The notes: generated from the letters alone by a model not told the origin. Numbered from the stretch's first letter, positions 26,608-37,671 are shown. The stretch: 64,000 bases of DNA from Bacteriovoracia bacterium (GCA_050246755.1 JBFWVL010000001.1:1632001-1696000); one strand, 5' to 3'. Numbers and translations: made by a program.

Positions 26608-28209
26608 TTAATCCACCGAACCAGGATTCTTAAGGATAATAATCACCGCCGTCACGCGGGCGAGGTATTCGGTATCGTTTTCGTAGCCGGCGCGGACGAG
26701 TTTCCAGGCATCGCGCGAACCGGTTTCGACAATGGCTTTTTGCACGGACCTCTCGCCCATATTGTAGGCCATGAGCGCGAGCTGCCAGTCGCGGAACTGG
26801 AGATTGTTCGCGCTTAAGTAGCGGATTCCGGCATCGGTCTCCATTTCCACATTGAGGCGCTCGTCGATTTTTTCGTCCACGCGCATTCCAAATACCCTTG
26901 CCGTGCTGGGAATGAATTGCCAAAGTCCCGCGCCTTGACCGCCCGATTTGGGCTGCTCCAGGTTTTGGTAGCCCGATTCCACGATCGGCACCGCCATCAG
27001 TTCCGCCGGTGCTTTATATTTTTCGAGTTTGTCACCCACCACGCCCTGGAAGTTTTTCATGCGCTGGAGGGACTGGCGCATGAAGTTCCTGCCCTCCGCC
27101 GTGCCGAGGAAGCGATTCAGCTGTTTGAGCACCAAATCGTTCACCACGATCGGGAAGGTGGTGTCTTTCTGGGCAATTGCCTGCATCGCTTCGGCTTGGG
27201 CCATTGTCACGCGTCGGTCTTGCACGAGGCCCTTAGCGGCGTAGCTAGTGGCTCCGAGCGAGGCGAGCAGGATTGCGCCGAGGGCCAGCGCGGTTAATTT
27301 CGTATGTTTCATCCTTGTTACATTTTTCATAGACTCGATTCTCCTTCTGAGAATATTGCGTTCCGCCAGGAAGAGTAAACCCGTTGCGCAGGCGGGAATA
27401 AAATTCTGGCGGTTCGCGGTTTGTGCCACCGTAACGAGGCAGCGGGCGTAAGCCTGTGAATCCACTTTTTTACGGTCGACCAGCGTTTCATCACAGGCAA
27501 ATTCTTGCGTTTCCATCATCCATCGCGCCCAGAGATGGGCGGCGGGATTGACTGCGCAACTAGTTCTGAGCAGCCAGATCGCGTAGATCCACAGCGTGTC
27601 GCGCTGGCGGTGGTGCTGGAGCTCGTGGGTGATCGCGATTTTGTAGTCGACGAGAGAGCCCAGCAGGCCGGTAGGAAGAACCACGGTGAGTTCGCCCGGA
27701 ATCCAGTAGGTGAAGGGGACGGTTATCTCATCATTCGTGGTAATACTGATGCCGTGAATTTTCTTTACGAGGAAGGATCGCTTCCGGATGCGAGCGAGGG
27801 CGCGTAAATCGCGAGACAAGCGCAGCGCCAGAGCCAGGAGAAGCAAGGTTCCTAGGGTTGAGCCCGCCCATATAATTTTGTGAGTGGTCATAGCACCGAT
27901 TTTTTTGCCGGCGTTCAGTCGGAGGAAGCCGCCACCCTCCGAGCGTTGGTAGTCCTGGTTGAAGTTCCGCATCGAGGAGGCCGACCAAACGCGGGCCGCG
28001 GGCCGGAAGTTTTCTCCCGGAATCAGCGAGGAGGCGAGGGTGCACGCCAATAGGAGCGGAAGCGTAAAATAATGCAGGCGTAGAAGAGCGGAAGCCGATA
28101 TGGGGCTGGCCGCTTTTTTAAGGGCCAACGTACAAATAACCAGAATTCCCCAAGCGAGTAGCACCAGTACGTTCAGCGCAAGGTAGCTGGATAGGATTAC
28201 GGCCAGCAT
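26608..28209 (-). CDS. BlaR1-type M56 peptidase fused to a lytic transglycosylase (SLT) domain
   Basis: HELQH...RD, E..CDE (M56); VESGY, AGLWQFIP.TA, AYNMG (SLT). Confidence 0.92.
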   Translation of the reverse strand: MLAVILSSYLALNVLVLLAWGILVICTLALKKAASPISASALLRLHYFTLPLLLACTLASSLIPGENFRPAARVWSASSMRNFNQDYQRSEGGGFLRLNAGKKIGAMTTHKIIWAGSTLGTLLLLALALRLSRDLRALARIRKRSFLVKKIHGISITTNDEITVPFTYWIPGELTVVLPTGLLGSLVDYKIAITHELQHHRQRDTLWIYAIWLLRTSCAVNPAAHLWARWMMETQEFACDETLVDRKKVDSQAYARCLVTVAQTANRQNFIPACATGLLFLAERNILRRRIESMKNVTRMKHTKLTALALGAILLASLGATSYAAKGLVQDRRVTMAQAEAMQAIAQKDTTFPIVVNDLVLKQLNRFLGTAEGRNFMRQSLQRMKNFQGVVGDKLEKYKAPAELMAVPIVESGYQNLEQPKSGGQGAGLWQFIPSTARVFGMRVDEKIDERLNVEMETDAGIRYLSANNLQFRDWQLALMAYNMGERSVQKAIVETGSRDAWKLVRAGYENDTEYLARVTAVIIILKNPGSVD

Positions 28210-28610
28210 TAGGATTTCTCCTCGAGATCGCGCACGAGCTTTTTCAGTTCCGCCAGCTCGGCCTCATCGATTTTCACGCTGCCGAGGAGCTGCTTCACCA
28301 TTGCCATGGGCGTACCATCGAAGACCCTGTCCACCACGTGGCGTACAGCCTTGGTTTCGTACTGGGACTTTTTCAGCGCGGGGATATAGACGTGGCCCCG
28401 GCCTTCCTTGCGGGTCTTCAGTACTTCTTTTTGCTCGAGGATGCGAAGGATGGTGGAGACCGAGGTATAGGCGAGCTCCCGGCCCTTGGGCAGATGGGCG
28501 ATCACCTCGTTCACCGAGCCCTCCCCGAGCCTCCAGAGAATGCTCATGAGCTCGAGCTCTACCTCGGTCAGCATTTTTTCGTCGCCATGGGTGGACTTGG
28601 GCTTGGTCAT
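28209..28610 (-). CDS. BlaI/MecI/CopY family repressor
   Basis: LTEVELELM.ILW, LAYTSVSTIL..LE.K, Y.P. Confidence 0.95.
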   Translation of the reverse strand: MTKPKSTHGDEKMLTEVELELMSILWRLGEGSVNEVIAHLPKGRELAYTSVSTILRILEQKEVLKTRKEGRGHVYIPALKKSQYETKAVRHVVDRVFDGTPMAMVKQLLGSVKIDEAELAELKKLVRDLEEKS

Positions 28611-28635
28611 CGCGCATCTCTCCTTGAAAGAAGAG

Positions 28636-28677
28636 TAACTAAGGAATTAGTTATTAGCAACTAAAGTTTTAGTTGCT
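28636..28677. promoter_or_regulatory. Two BlaI-type palindromic operators
   Basis: TAACTAA-GGAA-TTAGTTA (28636-28653) and AGCAACTAAA-GT-TTTAGTTGCT (28656-28677). Confidence 0.8.
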
Positions 28678-28761
28678 TAGGATTGTTGAGATTTTCGCAG
28701 GAAAAGTCCGCAGCATACCTTTTAGTCGGTAGGGGAGAAGCGGTTGCCAATAAAAGTAGCA

Positions 28762-30348
28762 TCAGATCTCTTTCAAAATAGCGCGGGCGGCGTTCAGTCC
28801 CGGAATGCCCATCACGCCGCCACCAGGATGCACACCGCTACCGCAGAGGTAGAGGCCCTGCACCGGCGTCTTATAGTTCGACCAGCCGGGCACCGGGCGC
28901 ATATGGAACATCTGATCTAGGTTAAGGCGGCCGTGGTGGAGGCTGCCGCCAGTAATGCTGTATTCGCGCTCCATATCCAGCGGGGAGAGCACCTGGCGGT
29001 GAAGAATAGCCTGTTTAATATTCGGGGCGTACGCGGCGAGCACGTCGAGGCAGCGGTCGGCAAAACCCTCCTTGATCTGGTCCCAATTTTTTCCATTTTT
29101 TAAATTATATGGGCCGTATTGCACGAATAGATTCATCACGTGTTTGCCCGGAGGCGCGAGGGTATCGTCGATGGAGGTGGGGATCGAGCACTCGAGGATG
29201 GGATTCTGGCTGGGGCGGCCAGCCACGGAATCGGCGTAGGCTTCCTCCACGTACTGCAGCGTGGGACCGATATGAATCGTGCCCATATGCTGAGGGCCGA
29301 GAGTTTTTCCGGGGGCCGCGAGGAAATCGGGCAGTTCGGAGAGCGCGAGATTGATCTTCACCGAAGCCGAGTCGTAATTGATGCGGCGGACGTTTTTTAG
29401 GAATTCCGTGGGCAATTCGTTCTCGGCGAGCAGGCGGTTGAACGTAATATTCGGATCCGCATTCGAGGCCACCACTTTGGCGCGAAATATTTGCCCGTCG
29501 GTTTCTATTCCCGTGGCCTGGCCGTTTTCTACGAGAATTTTGTCCACCCCGTAGCCGGTATAGATATCCACGCCAAGTTCCATCGCCGATTTCGCGATCG
29601 ACTGGGTAAGCCCGCCCATCCCTCCGCGCATATAACCCCACACGCCCTTGGCGCCATTGCATTCGCCCATCACGTGGTGGAGGAGCACGTAAGCCGTGCC
29701 GGGCGTGGAGGGGCCGGAATTGGCGCCAATCACCGCGTCGGTAGCGAGCGTCACTTTCAGTTCTTCGCTCTCGAACCAGTCGTTGAGCATATCGTTCGCC
29801 GACCCCGCCAGCATTCGCATGAGCTCGGGCCAATTTTGTTTCAGCTGCTTTCTTTTCTTAAAAAGAAGGCTGCCGTAGCGGGTGAGATCGCTTAGCGTGA
29901 TTTTTCCCGGATTCGGCGGCGCCATCAGCATCATCGGCTTTAGGATCTCGGCGGTTTCTTCGAGCATGGCTTCATAGCGCGGGTAGTTTTCCGCGTCTTT
30001 CCGGCTGAACTTGGAGATTTCCCGGCGATTCATATCTTTGTCCGGGCCAAGCAAAAGATGGCTGCCATTGGGGAAAGGGGTAAAGCTCGAAGGATTACGC
30101 GGCAGCATCTCGAAGCCGAATTCTTTTAGCTTAAGGTCTTCGATGATCTCGGGATGGAAGAGGGAGTTCACGTAGGAGAGGGTGGAGAATTTAAATCCGG
30201 GGAAGGGCTCTTCGGTAACGGCGCATCCTCCCACCACCGGCCGTTTCTCGAATACGGCCACGCTCAGGCCGGCTTTGGCGAGGTAGGCCGCGGTGACTAG
30301 CCCGTTATGGCCGCCCCCCACGATGATGGCGTCGTAGCTAGTTTTCAT
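28762..30348 (-). CDS. Phytoene desaturase-like FAD oxidoreductase (PYROXD2-like)
   Basis: GGGHNGL..AAYLA, GGMG, LYLCGSG.HPGGGV.G.PG.NAA. Confidence 0.93.
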   Translation of the reverse strand: MKTSYDAIIVGGGHNGLVTAAYLAKAGLSVAVFEKRPVVGGCAVTEEPFPGFKFSTLSYVNSLFHPEIIEDLKLKEFGFEMLPRNPSSFTPFPNGSHLLLGPDKDMNRREISKFSRKDAENYPRYEAMLEETAEILKPMMLMAPPNPGKITLSDLTRYGSLLFKKRKQLKQNWPELMRMLAGSANDMLNDWFESEELKVTLATDAVIGANSGPSTPGTAYVLLHHVMGECNGAKGVWGYMRGGMGGLTQSIAKSAMELGVDIYTGYGVDKILVENGQATGIETDGQIFRAKVVASNADPNITFNRLLAENELPTEFLKNVRRINYDSASVKINLALSELPDFLAAPGKTLGPQHMGTIHIGPTLQYVEEAYADSVAGRPSQNPILECSIPTSIDDTLAPPGKHVMNLFVQYGPYNLKNGKNWDQIKEGFADRCLDVLAAYAPNIKQAILHRQVLSPLDMEREYSITGGSLHHGRLNLDQMFHMRPVPGWSNYKTPVQGLYLCGSGVHPGGGVMGIPGLNAARAILKEI

Positions 30349-30357
30349 CCCCGTTTT

Positions 30358-31047
30358 TTACCTTTTTTTCGCGATCATCACCACGCTTTTTCCCAGGCGC
30401 CGCGCGGTGATTTTATCGAGGAGGATGGATAGCGGAATTAAGATTTTGTCCCAAAACCAGATTTGGGCGGGGCGGGGATGCGCGCTACGGAGCAAAAAAG
30501 AATTGGCGGCCGAGGCGCAGAGTCCCGCGCTGTCGAGGTAGAAGCCGTTTTCCACCTCTAGGGTGGGCGGAACCAACTTCGTTAGCGCTTCGCGGTTGTA
30601 GCGGCGGTGGTGGCCGAGAGCGCGGTCAAATTCGCTGAACAGTTTTTGGTGGGCCGGTGCCAAAATAATGAGGCGTCCGCCAGGATTAAGGTGGCCGGAA
30701 GCCGCTTCTATTTCGACGCGATCGTCACGGATATGTTCCAGCACGTCGATGTAAAGGATTGAGTCGTATCGGCGGGCGGCGGGTAGGCCCCCGATATTTC
30801 CCGCGATTAAAACGGCCGGCGCGGAAATTTTTCCTAAAAGGGCGGTGTCGGGTTCGAGGCAGGTCCAGCTGCGGAACGCAGCCCCGCTCTTCTGCAGGGG
30901 TGCCGTAGTGGCGCCGGTCCCAGCCCCAACCTCCAGCACGTCTCCCCGGATATAAGGCGCGAGCGCGCGGGCGAAATATTTTTTCCAGTTCGTGGCCCCG
31001 CCGAACAGGGCGAGCTCGGTTCCCTGGTAGGAGAAATTTTCGTTCAT
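30358..31047 (-). CDS. Class I SAM-dependent methyltransferase
   Basis: VLEVGAGTG, YIDVLEHI, LNPGG, FD..LGH.RRY; coupled to the GT2 gene. Confidence 0.9.
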   Translation of the reverse strand: MNENFSYQGTELALFGGATNWKKYFARALAPYIRGDVLEVGAGTGATTAPLQKSGAAFRSWTCLEPDTALLGKISAPAVLIAGNIGGLPAARRYDSILYIDVLEHIRDDRVEIEAASGHLNPGGRLIILAPAHQKLFSEFDRALGHHRRYNREALTKLVPPTLEVENGFYLDSAGLCASAANSFLLRSAHPRPAQIWFWDKILIPLSILLDKITARRLGKSVVMIAKKR

Positions 31048-32000
31048 GAAGAAATTTTCCTCACGCCTTTTACTAAGTTTTTGGCGTCGGCCAGCGGAGT
31101 GCGCGCGAAGCCCTGCTTTTGAGAGAGGTGCAGAAAGCATAGGAAGACGGCGGCGAATAGCGACTGGAAAATTATCATGAGCAGCAAGAGAGAAACGTAG
31201 GTGGCCCATCCGGGAATGGCGAGATTGGTGGATAGGCGGATCGTGACTACGGCCGCGATGCCCGCGAGGCAGGCGGCCATCAGGAATAGGCTGAATAAAA
31301 TCACTCTCGTGAGCACGATTTCGCTGAAAACTGCGATGGCATTCAAGCCGTGCAACACCAGCGAGACGAAATTCATGCGGGAGGTGCCGGCATAGCGCCG
31401 GCCACGATCTACCTTTATGGACACGCACGGCAGCCCGAGCCGGACTACGGCCGCCGCTACGTGACTGGCGGTATATTGGGAATGGCAGAGACTCTCCGCG
31501 TGGGCCAGCGGGAGAAAAATAAAATTTCCGAATGCAATCGATTTGCCCGTGAAAAGGAAAAAAATTTTTTTATAAAAAAAGTAACCAAGGCGGAAAAAAA
31601 TATTTTCAAAGCGTCTGGCTCTTTGCGCCACCACGATGGAACCGGGGTTTTGCGCCTGCGCGGCGAGCAGCGCCGGAACCGCGGAGGGTTTGTCTTCCCC
31701 GTCGCAGTCCATGAGGAGAAAGCCGTCGCAAGCGTGTCCGGAAGAAAATAGATGGGCGAGGCCGGTGGCGATGGCGCGCTGGTGACCCTGATTCCCGTAC
31801 AGCTCGATCACATTTATTTCGCGAATCCCGCTTCCGCCGTGGATTTTTTTTCCCTCAGGGAGCTTGTCCGTGGATCCGTCATCCACAAACCAAAGAGAGG
31901 CCTGGTGCCCGGCCGGTGCCAGTTCGCGCTCCAGGCGGAGGCAGAGCTGCTCGGCACTTAGCCAATCGTTCCAAACGGGGGCGATAATGACGAAATTCAT
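31044..32000 (-). CDS. GT2 glycosyltransferase (polyprenol-phosphate type, two C-terminal TMs)
   Basis: P.WND, VDDGSTD, N.GHQ.AI..GL, MDCDGED.P. Confidence 0.92.
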   Translation of the reverse strand: MNFVIIAPVWNDWLSAEQLCLRLERELAPAGHQASLWFVDDGSTDKLPEGKKIHGGSGIREINVIELYGNQGHQRAIATGLAHLFSSGHACDGFLLMDCDGEDKPSAVPALLAAQAQNPGSIVVAQRARRFENIFFRLGYFFYKKIFFLFTGKSIAFGNFIFLPLAHAESLCHSQYTASHVAAAVVRLGLPCVSIKVDRGRRYAGTSRMNFVSLVLHGLNAIAVFSEIVLTRVILFSLFLMAACLAGIAAVVTIRLSTNLAIPGWATYVSLLLLMIIFQSLFAAVFLCFLHLSQKQGFARTPLADAKNLVKGVRKISS

Positions 32001-32177
32001 AAAATCTCTTCTTTGTTCCCAGCACATGCTGAGGTGCTTCATATACCATGCGGGGCAGCTAACCGCCAAAAACACCTAAATTTCGCTGGTGAGTATCCAA
32101 CTTTTTGTTTTTATTCGGTGCGCGCACGCTCCAATTATTGCGGAACCAAGCTAAATAAATAATGATGTCGTAAATAT

Positions 32178-33839
32178 TTGGAGAAATGTGAAATGGGCAA
32201 TGGGGGGGACCCATCAATCGAAAATTTGCAGCGGAGCCTGGTGCTCAATCGCAAGCTTCTCTCGCTGATTCAGAATCCGGGATCCGAGCGCGACGTGGCC
32301 CGGTTCGTGGTGGATATGCTCTTTGAAGAGTTTCCGCAATACCGCGTTTCTTGCACGAATCTTTGCCCCGACAATTCGGTGCACGTTTTTTATAGCCGGC
32401 AACCGGAGGGAATGCGTGCCCTCTCCGGGCTATCCGCGCCTTTTCCCGACAGCCCGTTCGTGCGTAATCTCCAGGAGATGCGGATTTCCGTGATCGATGA
32501 TATCCGGCTGCATCCCGACACCGAGAGCATCGCCCAGGAAATGCAAGCTATGCTGGGCACCTTGGCGCGACTGGACTTTCCTTTTGAAAAAAAAGAGAAC
32601 GGCGAGATCGGGCTCATTACCCTTTCCCATCTCGAGCCGCTGCGCTGGAGTGCACATACCATTCAGCTGATTTCGGAGATCGTGGAGCTTGTTCACCTAA
32701 TGTTCCGCGAAGCCCGTACGCGCGAACGCCTAAAGCAAAGCGAAACTCTCTTTCAGCAGTTCACCGAGAATATGCCGTTGGTGTTTTGGGTAGTGGAACC
32801 GGTTGAAGGCGTTCAGAACCAGAAAATAGTGTACGTGAGCCCGGCTTACGAGGAAGTATGGGGGCTTTCGGTGGAGAGCCTCATCGCCGACCCCGCGAGC
32901 TTTATCCGCGCTATCCATCCGGAAGACCGGGAACGTATCGCCGGGGCGATGGCCCTACCGCGTTCTGGTCCTTATGAGCAAACCTACCGCGTGGTGCATC
33001 CCGACGGCAGCGTGCGCTGGGTGAGAGATCGTGGCAACCCGATTTTCAATGAAACGGGTAAAATGATAAGGAACCTCGGGATCGCGGAAGACATTACCGC
33101 CTTGAAGCTCGCCCAGCAAAAGCTAGAGGCCACTCAGGCGCAAGTAATTTCCAATGCCAAATTCGCCGCGCTCGGAGAGATGGCGGGCGGGATCGCGCAC
33201 GAAATCAATAATCCACTGGCCGTGATTTCCGCGCTAGCGCAACAAATGCGTGAACTGCAGTCGCTGGGGCTTCTCACCTCCAAGGCCATTAGCGAAAGCA
33301 TTGACTCCATCGATAAAATGGCAAATTGCATCGCCGGAATCGTGAAGGGATTAAGAACCTTTTCCCGGCAAACCGATCGTGATCCTCTTCTCTCCGCTGA
33401 TGTGTGCGGGATCTTGCGGGAAACGCTTGCGCTCTGCGAGGCCAAAATCCAGCAGGCGAACGCGGATTTTCAGCTGAAAACCCCGGAATTTTCGGTGCGG
33501 CTCAAATGCCGGGCCTCGGAAATTTCTCAGGTAATCCTCAATCTCATTAATAACGCGCTCGATGCCGTTGCTGACGTGGCTGAAAAATCAATCACCTTAT
33601 ATATTGAGGTTAGCGGCCGCGAAGTGCTGCTCACCGTAGAAGACTCCGGACCGGGCGTTAAGGCCGAGCTGCGCGAAAGCATATTTCAGCCGTTTTTTAC
33701 GACGAAAGCGGTGGGCAAGGGCACGGGGCTCGGGTTGTCTATTTCTAAAGGAATCGTGGAAGCGCACGGCGGAAAGTTGTATTTAGATAGTTCGAGTAAA
33801 AAAACCCGGTTCGTGGTGCGATTACCTTTGGAGGCGTGA
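32178..33839 (+). CDS. GAF/PAS sensor histidine kinase
   Basis: YVSPAYE..WG, IHPEDR PAS; AHEINNPL; FFTTK..GKGTGLGL. Confidence 0.95.
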   Translation: MEKCEMGNGGDPSIENLQRSLVLNRKLLSLIQNPGSERDVARFVVDMLFEEFPQYRVSCTNLCPDNSVHVFYSRQPEGMRALSGLSAPFPDSPFVRNLQEMRISVIDDIRLHPDTESIAQEMQAMLGTLARLDFPFEKKENGEIGLITLSHLEPLRWSAHTIQLISEIVELVHLMFREARTRERLKQSETLFQQFTENMPLVFWVVEPVEGVQNQKIVYVSPAYEEVWGLSVESLIADPASFIRAIHPEDRERIAGAMALPRSGPYEQTYRVVHPDGSVRWVRDRGNPIFNETGKMIRNLGIAEDITALKLAQQKLEATQAQVISNAKFAALGEMAGGIAHEINNPLAVISALAQQMRELQSLGLLTSKAISESIDSIDKMANCIAGIVKGLRTFSRQTDRDPLLSADVCGILRETLALCEAKIQQANADFQLKTPEFSVRLKCRASEISQVILNLINNALDAVADVAEKSITLYIEVSGREVLLTVEDSGPGVKAELRESIFQPFFTTKAVGKGTGLGLSISKGIVEAHGGKLYLDSSSKKTRFVVRLPLEA

Positions 33840-34120
33840 TGAGAACATTAAAGCGATTTTTATGGAGTATCGTGGCCGGCACCCTGGTGGGAGCGGTACT
33901 CTTCGCTTGGTTTTCGCCGCACATCATCGTTTGGTATTTCTCTCCTCCCGCCGATTTGGCTATTTCCTGCAAGCCTGCCGTAGAGTGGGCCATCGTGACT
34001 TACCGTAAAGTGATTTTTACCGGGGTTCTACTCGGAGCGATTATCTCCGCCATCCTATTTTTCGCCATTAACCCGCGGCGCAAGCCGCCCGTCCAGCTGC
34101 CCGGTCAGCCAATTCAGTAA
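33836..34120 (+). CDS. Small two-TM hypothetical protein
   Basis: GTGA overlap with the kinase gene, RBS GGAGG. Confidence 0.75.
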   Translation: MMRTLKRFLWSIVAGTLVGAVLFAWFSPHIIVWYFSPPADLAISCKPAVEWAIVTYRKVIFTGVLLGAIISAILFFAINPRRKPPVQLPGQPIQ

Positions 34121-34207
34121 AAGGGCGCGGAACTTTAGCGCAAGCAAGGGCATCCGAAAGGAAGTGTGGTATTTTTTTCGAATGAGTATTTTCGGAGGAA
34201 GATTTCG

Positions 34208-34981
34208 ATGAAGTTATTTCTGGGTTTGCTGATTCTAACTTCTGTTACCGCGCACGCTAAAATCATCGCCAATAATGTGGAGTATAAAGACAAGGCCGGC
34301 AACGCATTCGTGGGCTACCTTGCCTTCGACGACAGCGTGAAGGGTATCCGTCCCGGCGTGGTAGTGGTGCACGAATGGAAAGGCCTCGACGGCTACACGA
34401 AAATGCGCACGGAACAACTGGCGAAGCTCGGCTACGTGGCTTTCGCCGCTGACATTTATGGAAAGGGCATTCGCCCGGATGCTTCGGAGGCCGGTAAGGT
34501 TTCCGGCTCTTACAAGAACAACCGTCCCCTTTATCGGGAACGCCTTCTCCTGGCGCTTGAAAAATTTAAGCAGGAATCCCTCATCGATAAGAAGCGCATT
34601 GCGGTTATCGGCTATTGCTTCGGGGGCACCGGCGCTTTAGAGCTCGCCCGTGCGGGAGCCGACATTAAGGGAGCGGTAAGCTTTCACGGCAGCCCCGATA
34701 GCCCCACTCCCGAGGACGCAAGGAATATCAAGGGTAAGATTCTCGTGCTCCACGGAGCCGAGGATCCGAACGTGCCGGAGGCGCAGCTCACGAGCTTCGA
34801 AAACGAGATGCGCGCCGCAAAAGTGGACTGGCAGCTCGTGAAATATTCCGGTGCCGTGCACGGATTCACGAACTCGCAAAACGGCAGCGATCCCGCCAAG
34901 GGAGTGGCTTACAACGCGGAAGCCGATAAGCGCTCCTGGATCGCAATGCGCGACTTTTTTCAGGAGATTTTCGCGCGTTAA
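34208..34981 (+). CDS. Dienelactone hydrolase family protein (secreted)
   Basis: HEWKG, GYCFGG, HG.ED, VHGF. Confidence 0.95.
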   Translation: MKLFLGLLILTSVTAHAKIIANNVEYKDKAGNAFVGYLAFDDSVKGIRPGVVVVHEWKGLDGYTKMRTEQLAKLGYVAFAADIYGKGIRPDASEAGKVSGSYKNNRPLYRERLLLALEKFKQESLIDKKRIAVIGYCFGGTGALELARAGADIKGAVSFHGSPDSPTPEDARNIKGKILVLHGAEDPNVPEAQLTSFENEMRAAKVDWQLVKYSGAVHGFTNSQNGSDPAKGVAYNAEADKRSWIAMRDFFQEIFAR

Positions 34982-34997
34982 CGATATCCTTTACCGA

Positions 34998-35597
34998 ATG
35001 GCCAGAAAAAAAATCCGACTTCACTTCGAGAGCGCTCGCTTTGAGCTGCGCCTGTACCGTGCTTCCGACTATCGCTCCTGGAAAAATGCCTACGAGGCCA
35101 TGGAATCCAAACGTAGCGAGTTCGATCTGGAAAAAAAGACCGCGAAGGAACTCCGGAAAACGGAATTTCTGCGGTTCGTGAAAAAGAACGTGGGCTTCGC
35201 CAAGACCGGAGAAATTTATCACTTCGGGGTTTTCGAGAAGAAGACCGGTAGGCTGATGGGGTTCGTACTTTTAGCATTAGTGCTTCGCTTCAATGTGCAA
35301 ACCGCCCGTATTTCCTACACCATTTTTAATAATTATTGGAAACACGGCTACGGGCGCGAGGCTGCCGACGCCGCCATTCGGTTTGCCTTCCAGAAGTTAA
35401 AGTTGCATCGCCTTGAGGCGGAAATTCTGCCGAATAATCGCAGTTCCCTGGCGCTTGCGAAGCGGCTTGGCTTTTCTTACGAGGGCCTGCGACGGGGAGC
35501 GGTATACATGAAGGGAAAGTGGCACGATCACCTGGTATACAGCCTGTTGGCCGAAGACCGTGGCGTGCGCAATACCAAACCATCGGTGTTCAGCTGA
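34998..35597 (+). CDS. RimJ/RimL-type GNAT acetyltransferase
   Basis: YW..GYG.EA, LHRLEA.I.P.N..S..LA..LGF..EG, W.DH. Confidence 0.93.
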   Translation: MARKKIRLHFESARFELRLYRASDYRSWKNAYEAMESKRSEFDLEKKTAKELRKTEFLRFVKKNVGFAKTGEIYHFGVFEKKTGRLMGFVLLALVLRFNVQTARISYTIFNNYWKHGYGREAADAAIRFAFQKLKLHRLEAEILPNNRSSLALAKRLGFSYEGLRRGAVYMKGKWHDHLVYSLLAEDRGVRNTKPSVFS

Positions 35598-36939
35598 TAT
35601 AGACCGTTTTCACGTTCACGAATTCACGAATCCCGAACCCCGAAAGCTCACGGCCGTAGCCAGATTCCTTGGTGCCGCCAAAGGGGAGACGCGCATCCGA
35701 CTTTACCAGCGCATTCACAAAGCAGGACCCGGCTTCGAGCTCCTCGCGTGCCAGGCGATCGCCTCTGGTGCGGTCTTCAGTGAATACGGCGGCGCCCAGG
35801 CCGAAGTTAGTGCGGTTCGCGAGAGCAATCGCTTCTTTTTCCCCCTCCGCCTCGATGATCGCCGCCACCGGGCCAAACGTTTCCTCTTCGAAGATCGTCA
35901 TGCCGGGCTTCACCGCGCTGATGGCGGTAACGGGATAGAAAGCGCCCGCGCCGCCAGGAATTTTTCCGCCGCACAGTAGCTTTCCTCCGGCGGCCAGGGT
36001 TTTCTCCACTTGCTGGTGGAGCTGATCTCTCAGGTCTGCCCGGGCTAATGGGGCGGTGGGGGCAGCTTCGAGAAATTTTATGAAATGAGCCTCGAACTCC
36101 GCCCTTACTTTTTTCTCCACGATGAAGCGCTTCGCTGAAATGCAGCTCTGGCCCATATTGATCAAGCGCGAGTTCGCGCAAATTTTTGCGGCCTCGGCAA
36201 TATTCGCATCGGCGAGCACCACGTAGGCGTCTGAGCCGCCGAGCTCCAATACGCATTTCTTAAGCGCCTTTCCCGCCGCCTCGGCAACGGCCCGGCCCGC
36301 TTCGGTGGAGCCCGTGAAGCTAATGGCGGATATTTCGCTTTTTCCAATTAGGGGCAAGGCTTCTTTTCCGCGCAGCAATACAGATTGAAATAGATCTTTT
36401 CTTCCCGCGGCTTCCTGGACGAGTTTTTCCAGCGCGAGGCTGCAGCCAGTAACGCTGGATGCATGCTTCAAGATCACGGTATTGCCGGCCAGGAGGGCGG
36501 GCACCGCGCAGCGCACGGCCTGCCAGAAGGGAAAATTCCAGGGCATGATCGCGAGCACCGTACCGATGGGCTCGAAAGCGACGTAGGATTTCTGCGCGTC
36601 GGTGGCTATCGGTATCGGCCGCAAAAATTTGGGTCCGTTTTCGGCATAGTAGTCGGCGGCGGCGGCGCACTTTTCTACCTCGGATTTTCCCTCTTCCGTG
36701 CGTTTTCCCATTTCTTCTTGCATCAACACTGCGAGTTGATCTTGATCGCGGCGCAGGAGCTGCGCAAGTTTCGTGAGCAATTCCCGCCGTTTCTCGATCG
36801 GAACGCGTCTCCAATCCTGAAAGCCGTTTGCGGCGGCCTGCACGATTCGTGCAATTTCTTGGGGGGTATGAATAGGGTATTCCCGCAGAATTTTTCCGGT
36901 GGCGGGATCAATGGTGGTGATGAGATTGGATTCGGACAT
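35590..36939 (-). CDS. NAD(P)-dependent succinate-semialdehyde dehydrogenase-like ALDH
   Basis: [39 protein letters not shown]. Confidence 0.95.
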   Translation of the reverse strand: MSESNLITTIDPATGKILREYPIHTPQEIARIVQAAANGFQDWRRVPIEKRRELLTKLAQLLRRDQDQLAVLMQEEMGKRTEEGKSEVEKCAAAADYYAENGPKFLRPIPIATDAQKSYVAFEPIGTVLAIMPWNFPFWQAVRCAVPALLAGNTVILKHASSVTGCSLALEKLVQEAAGRKDLFQSVLLRGKEALPLIGKSEISAISFTGSTEAGRAVAEAAGKALKKCVLELGGSDAYVVLADANIAEAAKICANSRLINMGQSCISAKRFIVEKKVRAEFEAHFIKFLEAAPTAPLARADLRDQLHQQVEKTLAAGGKLLCGGKIPGGAGAFYPVTAISAVKPGMTIFEEETFGPVAAIIEAEGEKEAIALANRTNFGLGAAVFTEDRTRGDRLAREELEAGSCFVNALVKSDARLPFGGTKESGYGRELSGFGIREFVNVKTVYIS

Positions 36940-36984
36940 GTATCGCACTTTACATTAGCGAGCGGCTCTCATATAGGAATTTGC

Positions 36985-37671
36985 ATGAGTGCCGAGCGAG
37001 TGAAAATCGAGCCCGAATGGAAAGCCGCGCTAGGCGATGAATTTTCCAAGCCTTATATGAAGGAGCTGCGGGAGTTCTTGCGGCAAGAAGCCGCGAAGAA
37101 GAAGGTAATTTTTCCTCCTGGCCCCGAGATTTTCAATGCCTTCAACCTCACTCCGCTCAGCCGGGTGAAGGCCGTGATCCTAGGGCAGGATCCCTACCAT
37201 GGGCCGGGGCAAGCGCATGGCCTCTGCTTTTCGGTGAAAAAGGGAGTTCCGCCCCCGCCCTCTCTAAAAAATATTTTTAAGGAAATGGCCGAAGATGTAA
37301 AAATCCCCGTGCCCAAAACCGGGGATCTCACCCCGTGGGCTGAGCAGGGAGTGCTTCTGCTCAATACCGTGCTCACCGTGGAAAAAGGCAGGGCCGCTTC
37401 ACACCGGGATCGCGGCTGGGAACAGTTTACGGATCAAGTGATTCGGATTCTTAGTGCGCGAGAAAAGCCCATTGTTTTTTTGCTATGGGGAAGCTTTGCG
37501 CATAAAAAGGCCGAAATGATCCAGTCGCCCCCCCACAAAATTCTGAAGGCCCCTCATCCGTCGCCGTTGTCGGCGTATACCGGATTCTTCGGCAGCCGAC
37601 CATTTTCCAAGACGAATAAAATTTTAAAGGATCTCGGCGAACGCGAGATCGACTGGCGCCTGGAGGCCTGA
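36985..37671 (+). CDS. ung: Uracil-DNA glycosylase family 1
   Basis: GQDPYH, PPSL.NI, LLLN, HPSPLS. Confidence 0.98.
   Translation: MSAERVKIEPEWKAALGDEFSKPYMKELREFLRQEAAKKKVIFPPGPEIFNAFNLTPLSRVKAVILGQDPYHGPGQAHGLCFSVKKGVPPPPSLKNIFKEMAEDVKIPVPKTGDLTPWAEQGVLLLNTVLTVEKGRAASHRDRGWEQFTDQVIRILSAREKPIVFLLWGSFAHKKAEMIQSPPHKILKAPHPSPLSAYTGFFGSRPFSKTNKILKDLGEREIDWRLEA

Noticed and set aside
31048-31428. N-terminal extension of the methyltransferase ORF
   Set aside because: Overlaps the GT2 gene in another frame; ATG 31047 gives a normal coupled start
36463-36984. Long N-terminal extension of Ung
   Set aside because: Antisense shadow of the ALDH gene; Ung homology starts at 36985
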